Assembly: GCF_009914755.1 (NCBI RefSeq)
Contig: NC_060937.1
Strand: one strand, 5' to 3'
Source of the DNA: the human T2T-CHM13v2.0 reference genome, Homo sapiens
DNA: 64,000 nt
Numbering within the stretch: position 1 is the first letter of the stretch; every line of letters begins with the position of its first letter. The notes below the pieces were generated by a model that did no database searches, was not told where the DNA came from, and worked only from the letters and a program-made list of their open reading frames with translations. The position numbers and the translations under genes were made by a program. This document shows positions 1 through 15,368 of the stretch, in pieces.

Positions 1-2268
1 ACACTATCCTGGAGGACAGTCTTCCTATTCAGGAATGTGTGTCAGTGGCCAGCCTCAAAATTAGGAGAAGAAAACTCCCTGATGGTACCCTGAGTGAGGG
101 TCATGAGAGAATGAAAGGAGAGAATCCAGTGTGGGCCCAGGCAAACTGTGGATCAGGGATGAAAGGTGGGCCACAGTGAAAGCAGGGCCTGCGGCACAGG
201 TTGTGGGGGACATCTTAGAAAGACAGCAATTGTGTGATGGCGTTCTCAGTTTCTCCTGGGTCTACAGCTCTGTGTTTCTTTCTGGCCTTCTCCAAATGTA
301 AAACTAATGAAAAAATGCTACCTTTATTCCTCCCACCCTACTCCTGAAACTGTGCCAGTCTCTGCATAAGAACAGATGGTGTTCCTGAAGAGTTCTTTGC
401 TCTGCAATATTCCTTCGCGGGTTTCTGAAAGCAGATTTGAGAACAGGAGTGAATGGAAGCTACATTTCTCTGTCTGACAGATGTGGTACACATGTGTGAG
501 TTGGAGATGCACTCCTTGGTAATGGCTATATGGGAACAGTGAGAACATGACATATAACCAGGTGCATTTAAATGGGGCTATTGGATGAGCTACCTTGTAA
601 AGATTCTCTCAGTGGGGTCCCTCCTAATTCTAGAGCTCTTCTACTAGGACGGAGGAGCTAATTCAGTTGGATTGATCTATGTGGTAGATTATTCTCTGCT
701 GATCTAACCAAAAAGAGCCTCCTCTCCCTAGTTTCTAGGAATGAAGAGAGAACTTTGATTACCATAATGCTGGCATGGGTAGTCATGTAAAATTGTTGAC
801 ACCGTCCAGTGCTCACTTCCCTACACTCCTTCCTGGAGTTCAGCACAGACAATGGGAAAGAGACCCGGTGAAGGCACTGGATAACTCAAAAATATGGCCT
901 ACATTTTTGAACTGTTCTTAAGGAAAGAAAGCATGTTCCCCAACTCTTGGATAATCTAGTTTAGATCATCAAATACCCCAGATAATGGCTCACCTCTCTT
1001 CATTTTTTTCTTGGAAGTCACAAGCTCTAATGAGTCTCTTTAATTATTTCTTGGTGAGGGCAGCATCCAATTTCTATTTAACAAGAACAGGCATCCAAAT
1101 TAGATACAGTGCTGTTCACTTATATCAGTGTATCATCAAGATTCATATTTCCAGTGATTGCCCAACAACACTTTAATGTTACGCTAAGGATAAAACAATG
1201 ATGTAATCATTGAAATCACTGAAATCTTCAGAGAGCAATGGAGAAGTTTTCTGAATTGAAACTTCTCCATGATTACCTCAGTTGACTGCCTTGATTTTCA
1301 TTCTCCTGCAGTTACATTTCTGCAGCATACATTTTGAGTCCAGACTTCACCCTGGCATAAAAAACTTCCACTGTGGGTATAGAGTTTTTCCATAGTTAAA
1401 AAAATTCCTTTAAAACATATGTATAGCCATATGCTATTGACATTTTTGATAAAAGCAACACTGTGCTTAAAGCATAAAATCTAAATAATAAAAAGCTATT
1501 CTAGTAACAATAACTAATGCTCCTCAAGGGCTTACTCTTCATTGGTATGGGGATGATATTACAAATATTTAACAAACAATATGGTATGGGCACTGGCCAA
1601 TTAGAATTGTCACCAGCCTTAGCTCCAATAGGACAGCTGAGATCCTCTGCTGTGCCAGGGATAACCCTTTAGTTGCTGGCCCTGAGGAAGCAGGAGGAAT
1701 CTAGGGGGAGGGGCTGGGCAGATGGCATAAATGCCTGTGTGGAGAATATGTTCTGGGTGGCTATTTACTAACTGACATGGAAGTATTCCACATTTGAACA
1801 GACATATTGGATATACCTGCGGAATATCGGTGCTGCCAGGCCCTGAGCTAGAGCCCTCATTCCCACAGTGCTGCCAGGCAAGATCCTGCTGTAGGGGCCA
1901 AGGGAAAACTCCATTGCTCTCTGAAGATTTCTGAAACTCACTGATAAGAGGCAGATTAATAGGAGAAAAGGCATACACATTTACTAACATGTACATAACA
2001 GCCTTCAGAATGAAGATCCAAAGAGACAGCGGAAGTTGTTCATTTTTAGGCTTAGCTTTAACAAAGTATAGACAGCCGTGTGGAAATATGATTGGACAAA
2101 AGGGTATGATCTAATGCTAATAGACTGAGTGGGGAAACCCAGCAAGGCCTGTCTGCCTGGATTCTTCCTGGCCTCTCTGAGCAGCATTCCTTCCTTCTGG
2201 GTATGGGGCAGGACCCTCTTTGGAGTGGGAGTCTAATGACCTACTGTCAAAATAAGGGAGACCAGATA

Positions 2269-2300
2269 TTTCTTTCTTTCTTTTCTTTCTTTCTTTTTTC

Positions 2301-2361
<61 letters not shown>

Positions 2362-2502
2362 TTTCTTTCTTTCCTTCCTTCCTTCCCTCCCTCCCTCCCT
2401 CCCTCTCGTCTCTCTTCCTCTTTCTTTCTTTCTCTTTCTTTCTTTCTTTCTTTCTCTTTCTTTCTTTCCTTCTTTCTTTCTTTCTCTCTCTCTCTCTCTT
2501 TC

Positions 2503-2557
<55 letters not shown>

Positions 2558-2688
2558 CTCTTTCTTTCTTTTTCTTTCTTTCCTGCCTTCCTGCCTTCTT
2601 TCTTTCCTTTCTTTCTCTCCTGCCTTTCTTTCTCTCTCTCTCTCTCCCTCCCTTCCCCACTTCGCTCTTTCTCTCTTTTTTTCTTCTT
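2269..2688. repeat. ~420-bp compound polypyrimidine/polypurine microsatellite (CTTT/CT/CCTT/CCCT)
   Basis: Nearly pure C/T on the + strand, at the position of the adjacent Alu's poly(A) tail. Confidence 0.95.
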
Positions 2689-2961
2689 GATACAGAATCT
2701 CACTCTGTTGTCCAGGCTGGAGTGCAGTGGTGCAACCTTGACTCACAGCATCCTCTGTCTCCTGGGTTCAAGCAGTTCTCATGCCTCAGCCTCCCAAGCA
2801 GCTGGAACTACAAGTGCATGCCTGGCTAATTTTTTGTATTTTTAGTAGACATGGGGTTTCGCCATGTTGGCCAGGCTTGTCTCGAACTCTGGTCTCATGT
2901 GATCCGCCTGCCTCGGCCTCCCAAAGTGCTGGGATTACAGGGGTAGCCACCATGGTAGGCC
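2688..2961 (-). mobile_element. Alu
   Basis: Antisense Alu dimer. TSD CAGATATTTCTTT at 2263-2275 and 2962-2974. Confidence 0.93.
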
Positions 2962-3258
2962 CAGATATTTCTTTATGGCCAATTTTTACACAGAAAGGCA
3001 GAGAGAGGGGAAGTTCGAGTAATATTTTTAGGTTTTATGGCTGGCTTTGAGGAAAAGAGATTCTGGTTTCTATGGCCTGCTTTGGGGAAGAAAGATTTGA
3101 GTTTCTATGGCTGGCCTCAGGGGAGAATGGGACTGAGAGATAGGAGGGCAGGAGAGGTCAGAGGACAACTTTTGTTTCTGAGGACTTCATTTGGGGGTAT
3201 TTTTTTCCCGAGTCCCAACTCTGCATTTATGTTCATTTTGTAGATAAGAAAATTAAGA

Positions 3259-3601
<343 letters not shown>

Positions 3602-3639
3602 CTAGATCATACAGCCAGTAATGGAAATAATGAATTAAC

Positions 3640-4740
3640 AAAATTAATTTATGACTTTTGAAGAAAAGTTTTAGATTTACAGAAAAATTGAGTGGAGGGT
3701 GGCCAGGCGCGTTGGCTCATGTCTGTAATCCCAGCACTTTGGGAGGCCGAGGCGGGTGGATCACGAGGTCAGGAGATTGAGACCATCCTGGCTAACATGG
3801 TGAAACCCCATCTCTACTAAAAATGCAAAAAAATAATTAGCCAGGCCTGGTGGTATGTGCCTGTAATCCCAGCTACTCAGGAGGCTGAAGCAGGAGAATG
3901 GCGTGAACCCAGGAGGCAGAGCTTGCAGTGAGCCGAGATCACACCACTGCACTCTAGCCTGGATGGCAGAGCTAGACTCCATCTCAAAAACAAAAACAAA
4001 AACAAAAACAGTAGAAAAATTGAGTGGAGAGCACAGGGAATTCCCATATACCCCCACTCCCAATTTCCCCTATTATTAACATCTTGCATTGGTGTAGTAC
4101 TTTTGTTGTAATTGATAAGCCAATACTGATATAGTAAAGTCTATAGTTTACATTAGGGTTCACTCTTGATCTTGTACATTCTGTGGGTTTTGACAAATGT
4201 ATCATGACATGTATCCACCATTGTAGTATTATACAGAATAATTTCACTGCTCTAAAAATCCCCCATGTTCCACCAATTCCCCCTTCCTTCCCCCAAACCT
4301 CTGACAACCACTGACCTTCACTGTTTCCATGCATTTTCTAGAATGTCATGTAGTTGGAATCATACAGTATGTAGCCTTTTCAGATTGGTTTCTCTCACTT
4401 TGCAATGGGTGTTTAAGGTTCCTCCATGTCTTTCTGTGGCTTGGGCTCATTTCTTTATATAGCTGAATAATATTCCACTGTCTGAATGTACCACAGTTGT
4501 TTTATCCATCCACCTTTTGAAGGACATCTTGGTTATTTCCTGATTTTAGCGATTGTGAATAAAGCTGCTATAAACATTTGTGCGTAGGTTTTTGTGTGGA
4601 CAGTTTTCAACTCATTTGGGTAAATACCAAGTAGTGGGATCACTGAATCATATGGCGGGATTATGTTTAGTTTTGCATAACTGCCAAATTGTCTTCCAAA
4701 GTGGCTGTACTATTTTGCATTCCCACCAGCAATGAACTGC
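3640..4740 (-). mobile_element. L1 3' end (L1MC-like), interrupted by an Alu
   Basis: Antisense L1M 3' UTR phrases (ATTCTGTGGGTTTTGACAAATGTAT; GAAGGACATCTTGG; ATTTTGCATTCCCACCAGCAATGA). Confidence 0.8.
3701..4010 (+). mobile_element. Alu (AluY-like)
   Basis: Diagnostic GAGAATGGCGTGAACCC...GAGCTTGCAGTG. TSD AGAAAAATTGAGTGGAG at ~3681 and ~4013. Confidence 0.92.
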
Positions 4741-5027
4741 CTTTTTTTTACACAGGATTTTATAAATTATAAAGCACTTTTCTCTGTACTGTTCTTGGAT
4801 CACAGAAAGTCATATTTCTTCAAAAGCAAAGCTACATTATTCTTAGGTATGCTTGAACTTTTCCGTGTAATTATTACTGCCAAATAAACACTGACACTTA
4901 TTCAGAACTATGCCAAACATTTCCTTTATATGTTTATCTTATTTAACTTTCATGACAACCTGGAAAGATGGGTATTATCATCCTCATTTTACATATAAGG
5001 AAACAGACTCAGAAAAGTCAAATATTA

Positions 5028-5426
<399 letters not shown>

Positions 5427-5809
5427 TTACATTCCGTCAAGGTGAATTGTCAGGAAAAATTGTGAAAGACTTTGAAGAGGGGGATAAAAAAAGAAAAGGA
5501 CTACTGAGTGTCCTGTCTAGTGTATCCTTCTGAGTTATCTCTTCCTTTCATTTTCTTGAGCTATTTTACCACTCTGTAAATGGTAGACAACTAATAATAA
5601 TGCAGATGACTCTTGTCCATAAAATTGCAAATGATTTGTTTCTGGTGGAGGGCAATTGATTATTGCCCTGTAGACAGACTGCTTTTGTATCTACTTGTGA
5701 ATTCATGTGAGCATTCCTTATCTGCCTATACATGTGTATGTTAATTTGAATTTTTCCTTTGAACGGGCTGAAATATCTTACTGGCTTCACTCATTAATTA
5801 ATGAGTTAA

Positions 5810-6543
<734 letters not shown>

Positions 6544-9089
6544 TTAGTGTTACTTCACTGTCTAACTTAGGTTAGTGAATACACTAACCTAAGTGTATTC
6601 TTAGGTTACCTAAGTGTGACTAAGGAATCACTGTCATGATTCCTTAAGTGTCCACAGCAACAGCATATCAAGCAGTAGGAAAATCCCCATCCCTCTGTAC
6701 TTGCCCTAAACCCACTTGGCTGACTAGCTGCCCTCGAGATTGATGGTTGGGAGAGTCTTTCTCTCAATTCCTTTTCCAATGCTGCCCCTTCATCACTTCT
6801 CATTTCCCTCTGTACATTTTTTGTTCTTTTTCTGCAACATTAGGTCTCTGCTCATCAATGCAATATAAACAAGGTATTATTAGAGGGGGAATATAGGGAA
6901 TATACAATAGCCGCCTGCCTAAGAATTTTAGAACTGAATTTGTTTGCAGTATTTCACACATCTGATAGTATGACAGATTATTATTTGTTTTGTGGATTAT
7001 TCAGGCTACTAGTTTTCTCTACTGCCAGCTTTAGGCCATATGTAATTTTTCCTACTCTGACTTGGCAGGGGACACATTAGAAATATATCTTTCTTTGGAT
7101 GAGAAGTACTGTCAAAACGCGTTTGGTAGAGCAGAAAGCTGACATCGTTGATCAAACTGTAATTTTGAAAGTTATGAAATCTCAGAGAAAAAAGAGATTT
7201 TAGGCACACACTATTCACTCCCTTTATTTGACAAATGTGGAAATTGAGCTCCAAAGAATCTAAATGACTTAGCCACAGTAACACAGCTGGCTGTTGGCCT
7301 TGCTGGAAATATGGCTGTATCTTCCTCATTCCCAGTTCAATTCTCTTTCCATTACACATAGTATTTAAATGACCTTGGCCTTCAAGAACTCTAATTAGCA
7401 CAGTAGTTAAGAAATAACTATAGCATGCATTATTCTACTGAACTTTTGTGATCTAATGAAATCATGCAGTTTATAAAAGCTTATTATTTTACTCATTTGA
7501 AGGAAACACCAAAGGCAAGGTCAAAAAGAGCAAATTTGCATGTAAATTACAATTCACAAAAATATATTTTAAGTTAATGCCACATCTACTATTCTCACCA
7601 ACTGGACTAGGTCATATGGCAGCTACACATTCCATTTCCCTCCATGTATAAAAGCCCTCTGGGTTTTCCTCTTAGCTCCCTGAAGTTATGCAGGGGTGGG
7701 CTAATGAATGCTGAACACATATTTGTTTGCCTACTTAATTCAATAGTTAATGACTAAAACAAGAGTCAATTATTAAGAGCCCTGCATTAATATCTCTCAT
7801 TTGCATTCAAATTATTTTTTAAAATAAAAGGAAGTCTGAAAGGAGAAGCAAATAAGAGCCTGGCCTCATTTTTAGAAAACCATAAGCCTAGACCATCTCT
7901 TGGACTTTTAAGTATGATAAAGTGAAACAGATATTTCTTAATGAACCATCTAGATCCAAACAGTCCCATTTATAGAAAGAGGCACATATAATTTGAAATG
8001 GTGAGTGAAAAACAGGGTAACCTAATATGTAGCAAGGACCTGAAAGATGTGTGACTCTCTCATATCAGATTATGAGGCTACCATCCACTGTCCGGGAGAT
8101 CTGAAATTTAAGGTTCTCCTACTCTCACTCCCATCACCATAATACACACTTCAATGCCAACCACACAAGATAATCTACACGCTTACCAGTTTTTCGTCTA
8201 ACGAGGTGTGAAAACAGAAAGCACCTGCTTTTGTTACTGGTATCTAATGTGGTTTTCTGACATCAGGCTTCACAAATTTCTTTCCCCTCCTCCATAATTC
8301 ACTGAGCAATCTGGAGCCCCTTGGGGAAGGTGCTGAGTGAAAATCTGGTTAATGTAGCCAACAAACTCAATACTAAAGCCTTGGCCTCCTGATTTTTAAC
8401 TTAAAGAAGTAATGAGTTGTTTAATTAGATAATATTTATTCCTGTGTGTGAAACAACTTGAGCTACTCTAAATTCTAGGTATATGGAAGGTGATGGATGA
8501 CTTAAATGTTACCCAAACACATTTATGCCATTTGCCACAAACTCAGCCTAGAGTAAAAGGAACCTCAGTGTCCTACTTGCAGACTCATGCAAGGGATGCC
8601 TTGTGTCATTAGGAAGTGAGCCACACACTGGGCAGCCATGCTGTTCACGAGGGCAGGCCTGTGCCCCAACCCGTAGGTGGGTGGCCATTCCCTGCTGTTG
8701 ACATATGGTGTCCCATCATTAGCCAGATGGCAGAAACACTGGAAAGGGCCTGAGCACACATGAGTAATCTAACCTGGCCATGGGAGGCGATTAGAAGAGG
8801 CTGGGTGAGGATCAAGGCAAGTAGTGTGTAGCCATGGAGGCTGACAGGGGAGTTTAAAGTGTTAAAGATGGGCCTGGGGTCAGCATGGATGACCTTTCTT
8901 CATCAGCACCACCTCAACTAACCCCAGCCTCTACGCATGTGCTGGAAGACAATTCTAACGTCACACAATTCCTTCTGTGCCCAAAGGAAATATCAGAGGT
9001 TTAGGAGAAAAAAACTTGCTGTGAGTAAAAGGTAGAATATTTTCTGAGATAGTCTCATGGAACTAACTAAACTAACTACTTCTCTCAAG

Positions 9090-9310
9090 ATGTTTTTTCA
9101 ACGGGGAAGATTTGTTCAGAGTCAGAGTTGACTAGATGATGCTTGATCAGCCCTAGAGGGTTCAGAGAGTCTCTAATACCTTTGAAATTGTATAAAAAAC
9201 TGTATGTGTAGGATATAGTGTTAATTTTTCTAGGGAGAGGCTACATCTCTTGCCAAAAATCTTCAAAGGATTTGTCACTCCCCCAAAATATTTTGCAGCT
9301 ACTGATCTAG
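9090..9310. mobile_element. hAT-Charlie MITE relic (MER103-like)
   Basis: TTTTTCTAGGGAGAGG...TCTTCAAAGGATTTGTCACTCCCCCAAAA resembles the recalled consensus, but is highly diverged. Confidence 0.4.
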
Positions 9311-12203
9311 AGGTTCAGGGAACCCTGCCTTTCTGATTATGGCAGAAAGGATCCTGAAAGGTCATTACAGGAAGTAGACTAGCTAATCACGGCCTTGTAT
9401 TATGCCTGGACTTTGGGTACTCAATATTGCCTCTCAGCTTGACCAGGGTACAAGGCTTGTCCTGTCCCAGAGACAACTAGCAAGAGCATCTCATGTCCCT
9501 TGGACCAGCTCTGACTACAGTTCTTACCTAGCGTCAGCCCTGTACGCCAGCACCCTAGACCACAGCCCTTTAACAAGCCACTCAGAGTGAAAGCAAATGA
9601 ACCACTGATGGAAGGACACAAGCAGATCCCCAAGCATGGCAGGTAGTGACATAATTGGTGACTTCTATTCCCACTAACAGGGACAAAGAAAAAACACTGT
9701 ATAGGAAATAGACATTTGAGTTTTAAGCAACATTTTGCACTGGCCAGATGCATGACATTGGGTAGTTCACCTTCATGCATTTATTTCAGTTTCCCAATCT
9801 GTAGTATGGGGAAGCTGGGCTAGATTCCTTAGGCCTCCCTGGCTGAGGAGCTGACAGGCTGTGTCTGAACTCTGGTGTGTCCCTGTCTACAGAAAGGTAT
9901 TTGGAGACAACTGGTCCTTATTAGGAGCCAGTTAATTTTTCTATCTTAAACACCAAGTTATATGTTTTAGAGGAGTATTTAGTTTTGCAGTCCATAGAAG
10001 TATTATGAGCAAATAGGCACATTCAAGGGGAAAAACAGCACTTGTGGGTAGCATCAATAATTCAGGGACAGGTTAATATGCTAATTAGGGCTGAAAACTA
10101 AAGAGTAAATATTTCTGAGTACAATGGGCACCTGATCTGTGGTTTCTGGTTTGAATTGTTCACAAATCTCCCTTCCCACTGCCAACCTCCTGTTCTGCTC
10201 TTAGCAGATGGGATATATTCAGACTCTTGGCCCATCAGCATACAGTCCCTAAAGTGTCTGAACTGTTGCTTTGGCATATTAGTGTTCTTACTCAGGTCTC
10301 CTGATCTTTTAAATCCAGGATCAGAGGAGGCGCCTGAATTCTCATCTCCTTTCTTTCCCTGGATGTCTCACCTGTGAGTGTCCAGTCCATCCTTATCCCA
10401 CTTTCTCCTCCTGGGCTCACCAATCTTACCTTCTTCACGGGCCTTTTCTTTCTTTTTCTCCTTTCAAATCTTCTCAAATTTTCCCCATCTTAAAAACTAA
10501 ACCAGTTTTCTCTGCTTTATTTGTTTTTTAGTCAACTATTAATCTTTTTCTTTCTTCTAGCCCCCAAACGCTTGGAGTAAGTAACTTACACCTACTCTTT
10601 CTACTTTCTTTGCCTTCTCCTTACCTCTGCAGTTTGGATGTTGATAAACTGTCCTAGAACTACTCTCTCAAAGACAGAGGATTTTCTGTGTCCCCCAAGT
10701 CTTTGTCTCTTGCATTTGCTATTATTGCAGGACAAGGACAGAGCTCTCTCTGTTGCAACTCCAGTACCAAACATTACCTGTGAGTTAGAAGCGGTTCAGC
10801 AAATCTTTGTTGAATACAGACTCTGTGGTCTTTTCCTTTCAAAAACTTCTTGTCCATCCATCCTTATGCATGCCCTGTGCTCCATCCTAGTCCAAGCACC
10901 CTTTGTCACACCTCCTATACCTGGTAACACTATTCTGGCTTGCTTCTTCAATTCCAATTCATCCTGCAGAGTATCATTTCATTTACATCTTCCTTGGGAC
11001 TCACCCATGACTTCAATGACTATTGCTGCAAACTCAATCTTCTGAATTGGTATTTTTAAAATGTAATTAATTAACTGATTTATTATTATATTGATTAATT
11101 ATAGATGCACAAGGTAAAACTGAACAAACAGATATCTAGAGAAAGAGAAGTCTTTCTCTCATCCCATTCTACCAGTTTTCTTTCCCATAAGCCATCACTG
11201 ATAGCAGTTTCTTGTCCCTCCTTGCAGAGACTTTCTGTGCTAGACAATTGCTTCCTGATTGGACTATGGCTCACCATCATGCCTGGGGCCCTGTCTTGAA
11301 TCCTAGCCAGTTGGGCTAGGGTCTTGTTTACCTCCTGGGCATTCTCCCATTGTGGGCTGTGCCATACATCCCCCCAGGCAATGATTTATGATTTGCTTCA
11401 ATTGGCATAGTCTAAGATGATCCTTGCTCTTAGAAGAGTATCTGGGACTCCAGCGGCTGTGACCAGACATGCAGGTAACACTCCCCTGTGGGTATTATGA
11501 GGTATTCCAACACTGTTCACCCTCACTGGGGTGGACTTCCTTTCTGGTCAGTCCTCTATCCCAACCACGCTAATTCTGGCTTTACTCTCTCTGCAGCAAC
11601 CAGAAATCGAAGAAAGTCCTAACTGGTTTTACTTTTGAACTGTGGTGAGTTGTGCTACGTGTTGACCTGATTTGCCAACAGATAAAATGAGATGACCATG
11701 TTCCTTTGCTTCTGCACTATTGCTTCACTGTCTAGCAGGACCTCTCTTTAGATGTCGCACTGGCAGGATTTGAGAAATAACTTGGGGCGTTAGACAGCTA
11801 ATGTTTAAACCCTGTGTATGTGAATAGTGATAGCATCTGGGTATGGGAAGCTTAACGCCATTGTAGCCAGAGGGCATTTCCTGCTAAATCTGGAGAGAAC
11901 AACCACTCTGGGAGCCTCTGACTAGACCCTAATGACAGCCTTAAGTTCGGAAAATATCCCTGTAATGATATCAAGAGTCTTAAAAACGGCCTCTGGGGAA
12001 CATGAAAATTACTGCTTTAGTTTGATGCAAAGTACCTTAACTACAAATAGGAAGACTTTTTTGTCCTTTTAAAGTCCACCTAATGAACAACAGGCCTGAA
12101 AAGGTACTTAAAATATTGATTTGGAGGTACATTTTGATCAGTTGAACTGCGATATAATTGGCGATCGAAAGATGACACATCCATGAGAGAGACTACCCCA
12201 GTC

Positions 12204-12487
12204 CAGGGTTTCTCAAAGTGTGAGCCATGGATAACAGTCTTGCAAGATGAGATTTATTGGTCAAATATATAGGAAAAAACTGCAGTGAATCATCTTTCCT
12301 TCTTCCATGTTCACAATGTACATTAGCATATCAAGGATTCAGAGAAGTGTGTTAGTAAAACAACTTCTAAACTTTTAAATTAACCCTTTGTCTCCCAAAC
12401 TTATTTGGCGAAAAAATGTTTTATGCATAGTGCCTGTTAGCAGCCTAAAGAACTAAGGTTCAGAGACACACACACTGGATAATGCTG
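12204..12487. mobile_element. hAT-Charlie MITE (MER112-like)
   Basis: CAGGGTTTCTCAAAGTGTG...CACACTGGATAATGCTG ends resemble terminal inverted repeats. Internal TTCACAATGTACATTAGCATAT. Confidence 0.5.
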
Positions 12488-12519
12488 CTTCAGTTTATTC
12501 ATGCAAGTTAAATGATTTA

Positions 12520-12862
12520 CGGTCATGCGATGCACAATGACGTTTTGGTCAGTGACAGACTGTATGGAATGATAGTCCCATAAGATTATAATACCAAATT
12601 TTTACTGTACTTTTTCTATATTTAGATATGTTTAGATACCCAAATGCATACTTACCACGGTGTTACAATTGCCTATAGTATTCAGTATTGTAACATGCTG
12701 TACAGGCTAGCTGCAATAGGCTATACCATATATAGCCCAGGTGCATAATAGGATATACCATCTAGGTTTGTGTAAGTATACTCCATGATGTTCACACAAC
12801 AAGAAAGTCATCTGAAATGTACTTGTCAGAATATATCCCCATTGTTAAGAGAGACATGACTA
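12520..12862. mobile_element. Tigger3a (MER7A-type) TcMar DNA transposon, full length
   Basis: Inverted ends CGGTCATG...CATGACTA, TA on both flanks, ~343 bp. Internal TCCCATAAGATTATAATACC and CCATCTAGGTTTGTGTAAGTA. Confidence 0.85.
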
Positions 12863-13058
12863 TATTAATAAACAAATAACTGGTTCCTCTAAATAATTCA
12901 CATATTCATCATATTACAAACCAATAATACAATATGCCTATGTTATAAACCAATAACATAATATAATGAACTGGTGAAACATTTAGGTGAACCAGTTGCA
13001 ATAAAGCTGTTTTTTAATATTATCTGTTATCTAACATTTACATTTGCTTTTTTTTTAA

Positions 13059-13408
<350 letters not shown>

Positions 13409-13564
13409 TAGTTGATGCCTTTTGGTCCTTATTTTCTAGTGAATTCACCTGGAAGCCTCCTAAACCTCTGGCAGGAACCAGAGGGTTTGCTACTGCTCAC
13501 TGATGTTTTTTCCTTACAACTTACTTAAGGAGATCTCAACCTCCTTAAGCCAAAATATTCTTTT

Positions 13565-14145
13565 ATTATTATTATTTTTATTTCAATAGGTTTTTGGGGA
13601 ACAGGTGGTGTTTGGTTACCTGAATAAGTTCTTTAGTGGTGGTCTCTGAGATTCTGGTGCACCCATCACCTGAGCAGAGCACACTGGACCTAATGTGCAG
13701 TCCTTTCTCTCTCACCACTTCCCACTCTTTCCCCCAAGCCCCCAAAGTCCATGTATCATTCTATTTTTTCTTTTTTTAGACAGAGTCTCACTCCGTCGCC
13801 CAGGCTGGAGTGCAGTGGTGCAATCTCAGCTCACTGCAACCTCCGTTTCCCAGTTCAAGTGATTCTCATGCCTCAGCCTCCCCAGAAGCTGGGACTCCAG
13901 GCGCACGCCATCACACCCAGCTAATTTTTGTATTTTTAGTAGAGATGGGGTCTCACCATGTTGGCCAGACTGGTCTCAAACTCCTGACCTCAAGTGATCC
14001 GCCCACTTCGGCCTCCCAATGTGCTGGGATTATGGGCGTGAACCACCATGACCAGCTGTTGTATCATTCTTATCCTTTTGCATCCTCATAGCTTAGCTCC
14101 CACTTATAAGTGAGAACATATGATTGGTTTTCCATTTTTGAGTTA
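13565..14145 (-). mobile_element. 5'-truncated L1 (L1PB-like 3' end), interrupted by an Alu
   Basis: TTTCAATAGGTTTTTGGGGAACAGGTGGTGTTTGGTTAC...CACTTATAAGTGAGAACAT. 15-bp TSD CCAAAATATTCTTTT at 13550-13564 and 14146-14160. Confidence 0.85.
13763..14057 (-). mobile_element. Alu inside the L1
   Basis: Antisense dimer. TSD TGTATCATTCT at 13752-13762 and 14060-14070. Confidence 0.92.
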
Positions 14146-14671
14146 CCAAAATATTCTTTTCATTACAATCAGCTTCTAATCCACAGTGGTCCAAACCAAG
14201 TTTTCCTCAGGTTTTTTCAAAATCCTATTATCACTCATAAGTTCTAGGTCAGAATGTTGTCTCTCCGTTATACAATTGGTTATATTATCTCATATAATTT
14301 CTTAAAAAGCATTGATTTAAAAACAAAAATCACACATAAATGAAAATTGACATTTCATAAGACCATGTACACATATTTATGAAGACAGAACAAGGACTAA
14401 AGTATAGGTTATTGATTTATCAAGACTGCTCCTCTATTGTCATTCAGAGAATGGTCAAGAAGCCAGCTTCTCTGAGAATCCTATCTTGAGGCATAGATTC
14501 TGCAGTTTCTTTATTCCGCAGGAACTGCTGTAGAAAGGAGTACTTAAATAAAGTCTCCCTGGTCTAGGAGCCAGAACTCCACCTTAATCTGGGAGAAAAC
14601 AGGGAAATAAAGTGGCCAGAGGCTAGTAGCTACTGCTTTGTTGCTTCAAGAGAAGGAAGTATGAGCCTCTA

Positions 14672-15368
<697 letters not shown>

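Larger units (their letters stand above)
1890..3220 (-). mobile_element. ERV1-class solo LTR (MER4 group, MER31/MER67-like), interrupted by an Alu
   Basis: Ends TGTAGGGGCCAAGGGAAAACT...GAGTCCCAAC(T) resemble this LTR group. 4-bp TSD CTGC at 1886-1889 and 3221-3224. Subfamily uncertain. Confidence 0.7.

Noticed and set aside
324-600. Minus-strand Cys/His-rich frames (PFKCTW..., CSHCSH...SHM) suggesting a decayed C2H2 zinc-finger pseudogene
   Set aside because: The motifs fall in different frames, with no TGEKP linkers or repeated finger spacing. Unsupported without a tblastn/HMM search.
2117-2829. Long K/E/R-rich and F/L/S-rich ORFs
   Set aside because: Translations of the stop-free CTTT microsatellite plus Alu.
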